Source: Candidatus Thorarchaeota archaeon
Lineage (GTDB): Archaea > Asgardarchaeota > Thorarchaeia > Thorarchaeales > Thorarchaeaceae
Assembly (NCBI GenBank): GCA_003345595.1
Contig: PRDI01000055.1
Coordinates: 1 to 12,035, forward strand
Direction: 5' to 3'
DNA length: 12,035 nt
Shown here: one piece after another, positions 6,587 through 12,035 of the stretch
How the letters are laid out: each line of letters opens with the position of its first letter
Position numbering within the stretch: position 1 is the first letter of the stretch
Position numbers and translations under genes: made by a program
The notes under the pieces: generated by a model
Told to the model about the DNA's origin: nothing
Seen by the model: only the letters and a program-made list of their open reading frames with translations
Databases searched by the model: none

Positions 6587-7426
6587 ATGCCAAAGAAGAA
6601 CTACGCTACCCCATTTGAAGTCCTTCATGCTGCTAGCCTTCTCAGTCACAGGTCACGCATCGCAAAGTTTGAAGAGGCCCTTGGGGCCGTCGTGACACCC
6701 GAGAGCTACGTCATAGATCTCGGCACTGGGTCTGGAGTCCTCGCTATGCTTGCGGGAAAGGCGGGAGCTCGCAGAGTGACAGGGGTTGATGTCAACCCTG
6801 AGTGCATCGAGTATGCAGAGAAGGCGGCAAGGCTGAATGGACTGGAAGACAAGATCGATTTCTATGAGGGTCACTTCTCAGACTTCGTGCCTGATGAACT
6901 TGCGGATGTCGTCGTGTGCGAGATGCTCTCGTCGATGTTGTTGATTGAGCAACAGGTTCCGGCCAGCTGCCATGCTGTGAAGCATCTTCTGAAAGCAGGT
7001 GGTCGGATGATGCCGGAACAAGCAAGGGTGTGGGTTGTCCCGGCAGAATGCCCGGCGCTGTGGGAGCGTTTTGCAGTCAGTGGAATGACGTTCCCACGTG
7101 TACCTCAGACCGTGGGGCCGGACGAAAGCAAGGATCTTGCCGCTGCAAGAGAAGTCATCACGTTCAATCTCTCAACAATGAGAAAGACTCCGTCTGTCGA
7201 CAGAGCTTTGGAGTTCACTATCTCGGAGAGAGGGGTGCTGCACGGGATTGTTGGTTTCTTTCAGGCTAGACTCGTGAATGGGGTGAACCTTTACATGAAC
7301 GACGGATGGAGAGAACTCTTTCTGCCGTTCGACACGCCACGTGAGGTTCAGGTATCGGAGTCCATCGAAGTGCACCTGCGATACGTGCCCGGTCAGTTCG
7401 ACTCTGTGGTCGCGAAACTGGAATGA
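6587..7426 (+). CDS. Class I SAM-dependent methyltransferase, protein arginine methyltransferase (PRMT)-like
   Basis: Motif I VIDLGTGSGVLAMLAGKAGA, post-I RVTGVD, motif II ADVVVCEML with E-x8-E loop, motif III LLKAGGRMMP. Beta-barrel segments GVLHGIVGFF and DGWRELFLPF. Confidence 0.88.
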   Translation: MPKKNYATPFEVLHAASLLSHRSRIAKFEEALGAVVTPESYVIDLGTGSGVLAMLAGKAGARRVTGVDVNPECIEYAEKAARLNGLEDKIDFYEGHFSDFVPDELADVVVCEMLSSMLLIEQQVPASCHAVKHLLKAGGRMMPEQARVWVVPAECPALWERFAVSGMTFPRVPQTVGPDESKDLAAAREVITFNLSTMRKTPSVDRALEFTISERGVLHGIVGFFQARLVNGVNLYMNDGWRELFLPFDTPREVQVSESIEVHLRYVPGQFDSVVAKLE

Positions 7427-7525
7427 CTTGTGCAGGCATCACAATGTGAAATCCGAAACAACCATCGAGAGGTGTTCAAACCAAATCCAGTTCGAGTTGA
7501 CTGTTCGTGGTGAAGGGGCATCCAG

Positions 7526-8245
7526 TCACACTGCATAACTGATAGCCCTATTTGGACAGACATCAATGCAGCTGCCGCATAAGATGCACTCCTTGTGATA
7601 GAGGTCTTGCTTCAAGACTCTGTCCATCACGTCCAGATTCATTGGACAGGCAGTACTGCAAGTCCCACACTGCTCACAGAGCTCGGTGTCTGCTGCCAGA
7701 TGAAGAGCAGGCCACCCAGCTCGGTGTTGAATAGCTGCTCCTGCTATCATGATGGGAGCCAGCCAACATACATACTGGCAGTTCGTCCTCGTTCCGACTA
7801 GAAAGGCCGCCGGGACAATGATGGCTATCACACCAAAGAACATGATGAGTTCCTGAGTGATAGCAGTGGTTTCGGTGCCAAAGAACAGGTCGACTGAGTG
7901 GAACCCTCCTGCCCTCAGTGCAAGGAGCGCGATTGCAGAGAGCCATACACCAGAGATCATATACTTCGCCTTCTGGAACCGCCCGCCGGGTACTCGCTTG
8001 TTTGTCGCCGCTGCGCAGAGTTCATTCAGTCCTGAGCCTGGGCAGAGCCAGCCACAGAAAGCGCGCCCTAAAAAGAGGGATGACAGAAACAGGAGAACGA
8101 AAATGACAAGGCTTCCATTCACCACTCCCTGGGATGCCGCGACGATGACCAGCACCGGTGAGAAGAAGAGATGGAAGATCAGGAGGCTCTGGAAGAGTAC
8201 GAATGAGACCAGCAGCAGCGCTCTGCGAGTGATCTGTCTTTTCAT
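7526..8245 (-). CDS. 4Fe-4S binding membrane protein (NapH/MauN-like polyferredoxin)
   Basis: About 4-5 TM helices, GRAFCGWLCP, CQYVCW, and two ferredoxin motifs CEQCGTCSTACP and CILCGSCIDVCP. ATG 8245 preferred because AAGGA lies upstream; 8251 and 8275 are possible. Confidence 0.92.
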   Translation of the reverse strand: MKRQITRRALLLVSFVLFQSLLIFHLFFSPVLVIVAASQGVVNGSLVIFVLLFLSSLFLGRAFCGWLCPGSGLNELCAAATNKRVPGGRFQKAKYMISGVWLSAIALLALRAGGFHSVDLFFGTETTAITQELIMFFGVIAIIVPAAFLVGTRTNCQYVCWLAPIMIAGAAIQHRAGWPALHLAADTELCEQCGTCSTACPMNLDVMDRVLKQDLYHKECILCGSCIDVCPNRAISYAV

Positions 8246-8471
8246 GGCCATTCCTTGCGGTGTTTCCCTTCCCATTTGGGATAGGGGATGGTGAGGAGAA
8301 TCTCACTGCTGGTATTCGGGCGCTCTCAACCAGACTTCTCGGCGAGTCATCTCTGTTCTTGTGTTGACTCAAGAAAAGCATAACGCTCCTGCTGAAATCT
8401 GTGGATAGCAAGCTAGCGGCCATACCGAAGCGCTAATCAGACTCACCCATCGTCCGGCCCACGGATGAGAG

Positions 8472-8900
8472 ATGACGACTGCTTCTGTTCCGTCAACTTG
8501 GTTATGGATTCCGAAAACGTGGGCGATCCTGTATTCCGCCACTGCGGTATTGGGTCTCATCGCAGCATATCTAGTTAACCCGACGATGTACTCAGTAGTG
8601 ATGCTTGTGGTAGTCCCAGTCGTCTTGATCCCCTTGACATACAAGAACCTGGTGGATGGAGCGTGTAGCCTGAGGTTCAGAATGTGCGGTTTCGTAAAGG
8701 GTATCCTGGCAGGTCTGTTGTTCCTTGTACTGACTCTTGGCACAAATCTGGCTGTCTGGGTCTCCCTATCGTCGGCAGTCGGCTTGAGTCCTCTGGTGCA
8801 AAGCCAGTTGGTGTCGAATGTCTACTGGGTTTGGTTCTTCAGCGGAGCTCTGGGAGGAATAGGGGCGAGAGTTGCAGAGATAAGACATGGTGGCACTTGA
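8472..8900 (+). CDS. Hypothetical membrane protein (about 4 TM)
   Basis: 142 aa with four hydrophobic segments. Loop YKNLVDGACSLRFRMCG, plus KGILAG and SGALGGIGARV motifs. Confidence 0.8.
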   Translation: MTTASVPSTWLWIPKTWAILYSATAVLGLIAAYLVNPTMYSVVMLVVVPVVLIPLTYKNLVDGACSLRFRMCGFVKGILAGLLFLVLTLGTNLAVWVSLSSAVGLSPLVQSQLVSNVYWVWFFSGALGGIGARVAEIRHGGT

Positions 8901-9014
8901 CCTGACTGCTCCATGACTGTGAGTGCGTTCACTTAGAATCAGTGCGGATTCCGCGTTCACAATCGTCATCGCACTTCTGCACAACAGCGGATGCTACCAC
9001 ACGCTTCATTGGGA

Positions 9015-9027
9015 AGAAGCTTTTAAT
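9015..9027 (+). promoter_or_regulatory. Putative BRE + TATA for phosphoribosyltransferase
   Basis: AGAAGC followed by TTTTAAT, 37 nt upstream of ATG 9065. This supports 9065 rather than 8942 as the start. Confidence 0.5.
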
Positions 9028-9064
9028 GCGCAGTCATGCGGCTCAATGGCTGGTTGTGCTCGCC

Positions 9065-9733
9065 ATGGAACTGAAGGGACCTCTCTGCTACGTTCTCGAT
9101 TTCGACGACATATATGATTACGCCTATCAAACGGCGTTGAAGGTCAGGGAATCGGGCTGGAGACCTGATGCCATAGTTGGAGTTGCCCGAGGAGGGTGGG
9201 TCCATGCAAGGATCCAGTGTGACCTCCTTGGTGTGAAAGAACTCTACAGTGTCAAGGTGTCTCACTGGGGCGTCACCGCCACGAAGGACGGAAAGGCCAA
9301 GATATCCTGTCCCCTGGTGGGTGATGTGAAGGGCAAGCGAGTGCTTGTTGTCGATGATATCACAGATACGGGTGAGAGCCTGACGATGGCGGTGAACCAT
9401 GTGAAGGACATGGGCCACCCATCAGACGTGAGAACTGCTACGCTCATGCACATCGCGGGGTCGAAGTTCGTGCCGGACTACTTCGGTGTCGAGGTAACTT
9501 GGGCATGGGAGATATGGCCGTGGAACTACTATGAGGACTTGACTGCTCTGATCACGAAGGTGTTTCAGGGTGAGAAGGTCAAGGAGATGAGTACGCTCGA
9601 ACTCAAGAAGCATCTTCGTGAGTACAACAACGTGGTCGTTTCAGACGAGCAGATCTCCAAGATCAAGGCACACATGGGGTTCCTGGGTCTGATTCAGTAT
9701 CCTCTCGATAAGATATGGAGGATGCTGAAGTAG
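9065..9733 (+). CDS. Type I purine phosphoribosyltransferase (archaeal Gpt/Hpt-like, COG2236) with C-terminal helical extension
   Basis: PDAIVGVARGG, PRPP-binding VLVVDDITDTGESL, TATL, PDYF and W..WPW motifs. Confidence 0.93.
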   Translation: MELKGPLCYVLDFDDIYDYAYQTALKVRESGWRPDAIVGVARGGWVHARIQCDLLGVKELYSVKVSHWGVTATKDGKAKISCPLVGDVKGKRVLVVDDITDTGESLTMAVNHVKDMGHPSDVRTATLMHIAGSKFVPDYFGVEVTWAWEIWPWNYYEDLTALITKVFQGEKVKEMSTLELKKHLREYNNVVVSDEQISKIKAHMGFLGLIQYPLDKIWRMLK

Positions 9734-9735
9734 AT

Positions 9736-9774
9736 TCGTCCGTCGTGTGTTTCTTCGGAGATGTGCCTAGACGA
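9736..9774 (+). other. RNA hairpin with cUUCGg tetraloop immediately after PRT stop
   Basis: GTGTGTTTC-TTCG-GAGATGTGC (5 G-U pairs) closed by (T)CGTC/GACG(A). Confidence 0.4.
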
Positions 9775-9926
9775 TCGTAAAGCCTTTCGCGATACTCGAT
9801 TTTCTCATCTGTTTTCGAATGAACACGTGACAAGACATCAGAGTCCGATCATTATCATCATCGTCCAGAGTTACGGTCCTGATGTTGGCAATTGCATACT
9901 GGCCTTTTCTTTGGCTTTTCAGTAGC

Positions 9927-9932
9927 TATAAA
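9927..9932 (+). promoter_or_regulatory. Putative TATA box for MTAP gene
   Basis: TATAAA 51 nt upstream of ATG 9984, with an SD-like GGAGATGA before the ATG. T tracts at 9905-9919 may end the PRT transcript. Confidence 0.55.
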
Positions 9933-9983
9933 TCTAAGGCCGCTATCGACTCTCTTCTGTAAGTTCTTGGAGATGAGTCAGAC

Positions 9984-10844
9984 ATGGCTTTCGAAGCAAA
10001 GCTCGCGTACACACTCTTGGATCCCAAAATGAAGGAGAAACTTGAAGCTCTGCTGCCAGTTGAGATAGGGATGTTTGGCGGCAGCGGCAACTACGACCCA
10101 ACAATGATTGAGAACCCAATCGAGCTCAAGGTATTCACGCCCTACGGTGCTGCATCAGACAACTTCATCGTGGGAATGGTGAAAGGCCGCACTCTCGCCT
10201 TCCTCGCTCGACACAGCAGGAACCATCGGATTCCTCCTCACATGATCAACTACCGCGCAAACGTGTGGGGGATGAAGTCGCTTGGCGTGAAGAGAATCAT
10301 CAGTCCGTGCGCCTGCGGCAGTCTCCAGCCAGACAGAATAGATCTAGGCGAGTTTGTCATCGTCGACCAGATATTCGATAGGACCTTTGGCCAAAGGAAG
10401 GACACATTCTTCGATGGAGGCCCAGTGGCCCATGTTTCATTTGGGAACCCCTACTGCCCTGAGTTGCGAAAGATCACCATCGAAACAGCCAAGCAGCTTA
10501 GCTACAAGGTTCACGAGAAGGGGACCTATGTGTGTATCAATGGACCTAGGTTCTCCACGTATGCGGAATCGATATTCTTCCACAATCAGGGCTGGGAGGT
10601 TGTCGGGATGACCGCATACCCTGAGTCAGTGCTCGCGCGCGAGTCCGGAATTTGCTACGTGAATATTGCCATGCCCACGGACAAGGACGTGTATGGGACA
10701 GAGCACGTGACTCACGAGTTCGTCCTGAAGACGATGGCGAATAATATCGAACGTGTGAGGAAGCTCACCTTCGAGATGATTCCGAAGATACCCAAGAAAG
10801 CAACCTGCACATGTCAGACGGCAATGTCGCATGGTCTGTTCTAG
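9984..10844 (+). CDS. mtnP: S-methyl-5'-thioadenosine phosphorylase (MTAP, PNP/MTAP family 2)
   Basis: GGSG, TPYG, FLARH..NH.IPPHMINYRANVW, ACGSL, GPRFST.AES, VGMT..PE..LARE, base-specificity TDKD (DxD) and C-terminal CTC. Confidence 0.93.
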   Translation: MAFEAKLAYTLLDPKMKEKLEALLPVEIGMFGGSGNYDPTMIENPIELKVFTPYGAASDNFIVGMVKGRTLAFLARHSRNHRIPPHMINYRANVWGMKSLGVKRIISPCACGSLQPDRIDLGEFVIVDQIFDRTFGQRKDTFFDGGPVAHVSFGNPYCPELRKITIETAKQLSYKVHEKGTYVCINGPRFSTYAESIFFHNQGWEVVGMTAYPESVLARESGICYVNIAMPTDKDVYGTEHVTHEFVLKTMANNIERVRKLTFEMIPKIPKKATCTCQTAMSHGLF

Positions 10845-10935
10845 AGATGTACAGTTGGCCTCCACATAACGGAGCCGAGGACTTCCAAAACAGATATCAG
10901 TAGGCGTGTCTTCCTCCGCCTGTTGGGTGGAACGT

Positions 10936-12035
10936 GTGCTAGGTCGAAGAGGAGTCGCTCTCCTGTTTCTATTTCTTGGGACGCTGATTATGGTCCCTTT
11001 GCCTGTCACTGCGCCTCCTGACCTGTCTGGAGTGGTCCAAGATGTTCAGGAGAACCTGGTGCCAAGCCAAGCGGGATGGTTGTCTGGATGGCAGCACAGG
11101 AAGACTCATACGATTCACGGGTCGCCTGGTGCTGGCGCGGGCTATCAGGTACGGTTCACCGTCAATTTCGGCAGTGGAACAGACAGCGGCAGCAATGTTT
11201 ACTGCAACAACACGACTAGAGCAGACTTCGGAGATGTAAGATTCACCGCCAGTGATGGAAGCACACTTCTGGACTATTGGCTTGAATCGAACACAACTGA
11301 AAGGGCCACATTCTGGGTCGAGGTCGCAGCAGACCTGGATACCGATCAGGAGGTATGCATGTACTACGGGAATCCGTCCGCTTCAAGCGTTAGTAATGGC
11401 ACTGCCACTTTCGTCTTCTTCGATGATTTTGAGGACGAAACGGTCGGTGCAAACCCCGACACCATGAACTGGAAGTCACCCGTGGGGGAAAGCGGTGATT
11501 ATGACGTCATCGGCATCACACTGGACCCTGTAGACGCCGAGAATCAGGTAATATTAGTCAAAGAGTCAGGAGATGGAGTGACCACGTATGTGTACAGCAA
11601 AGACCTGACGATCGATAGAGACGTGGCCCTGGGATGGAAGTGGCGCAGAGACGGAGTAGAGCTCGTCTACAACGCATTCATCGGAACCACGACGGAGATA
11701 GCCAGATGGCGGTCGCCTACTCCTTATGACCACCTTGAGTGGAGAATTGCGAACTCCGATGAATACACTGATTTCGTACCTGCCTGGACTGACTGCGCCG
11801 CCGACACATGGTACTCATGCGAGTACAGATTCAGTCAGGAAGGATTCACCACACACAGTTGGGACGATGGTGATACATTCGCAGGCGGATACTACAAATC
11901 GTACCCCACGACCAGTGGGTACTTGAGGTATTTCAACGTTCCATCTAGCCACATGACCAGATCCAACAGCTACTGGACCGACGATGTCTACATCAGGAAC
12001 TACCTCGCACCTGAGCCAACTCATGGCAGCTGGGT
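10936..12035 (+). CDS. Secreted/cell-surface DUF2341-domain protein, 3'-truncated by window edge (absent from ORF track)
   Basis: Frame 1 is open from 10870 to the window end. MLGRRGVALLFLFLGTLIMVPLPVTA signal-like N-terminus, then GWLSGWQHRK...YQVRFTV...DFGDVRFTASDGSTLLDYWLE...FWVEV...MYYGNPSA...NGTATFVFFDDFE (DUF2341 signature), then a beta-rich domain ending DDVYIRNY..PEP. The GTG start could be 10906, 10927 or 10936. Confidence 0.9.
   Translation, partial: MLGRRGVALLFLFLGTLIMVPLPVTAPPDLSGVVQDVQENLVPSQAGWLSGWQHRKTHTIHGSPGAGAGYQVRFTVNFGSGTDSGSNVYCNNTTRADFGDVRFTASDGSTLLDYWLESNTTERATFWVEVAADLDTDQEVCMYYGNPSASSVSNGTATFVFFDDFEDETVGANPDTMNWKSPVGESGDYDVIGITLDPVDAENQVILVKESGDGVTTYVYSKDLTIDRDVALGWKWRRDGVELVYNAFIGTTTEIARWRSPTPYDHLEWRIANSDEYTDFVPAWTDCAADTWYSCEYRFSQEGFTTHSWDDGDTFAGGYYKSYPTTSGYLRYFNVPSSHMTRSNSYWTDDVYIRNYLAPEPTHGSW

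Noticed and set aside
7424-7525. Possible selenocysteine readthrough of TGA stops (methyltransferase, Rab, DHH)
   Set aside because: The stops fall at natural domain ends, not at Cys-equivalent positions, and I recognised no SECIS-like element.
8942-9064. 41-aa N-terminal extension of the PRT in the ORF track
   Set aside because: It spans the BRE/TATA element at 9015-9027, and PRT-like sequence begins only after ATG 9065.
9731-9925. Possible pyrrolysine readthrough: PRT TAG followed by a hairpin and 63 open codons
   Set aside because: The extension is not protein-like, runs through T tracts up to the MTAP promoter, and the PRT is already complete. There are no pyl genes in the window.
11042-12024. 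Four short ORFs in the ORF track at the window end
   Set aside because: They are alternative-frame or antisense fragments inside the long DUF2341 reading frame.
1-12035. CRISPR arrays, tRNA/rRNA, transposases, integrases, defence systems
   Set aside because: I saw no spaced direct repeats, cloverleafs, terminal inverted repeats or matching protein motifs by eye.

Overview
A gene-dense archaeal chromosomal segment, very probably from an Asgard archaeon (Thorarchaeia-like; inferred from a Rab-like GTPase, a GAN/RecJ-Cdc45 protein, a DUF2341 surface protein and TATA-type promoters). It holds 14 CDSs. In order: 3' part of a Rab-like small GTPase (+), HAD-IIA/NagD-type phosphatase (-), cupin (-), coiled-coil protein with a Vps28-C-terminal-like helical domain (+), RecJ/GAN DHH nuclease (+), small membrane protein (-), Nudix hydrolase (-), TPR + Zn-ribbon protein (-), PRMT-like SAM methyltransferase (+), NapH/MauN-like polyferredoxin membrane protein (-), a second small membrane protein (+), purine phosphoribosyltransferase (+), MTA phosphorylase (+), and the 5' part of a secreted DUF2341 protein that the ORF track misses (+). 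I saw no tRNA, rRNA, CRISPR array or mobile element. The best leads are the putative ESCRT-I Vps28-like domain in the unannotated 1874-2386 ORF, a minimal PRMT-like enzyme with an intact double-E loop, and a Rab-like GTPase lacking the catalytic Gln. All family assignments come from motif recognition by eye and recalled family sequences, not from database searches.
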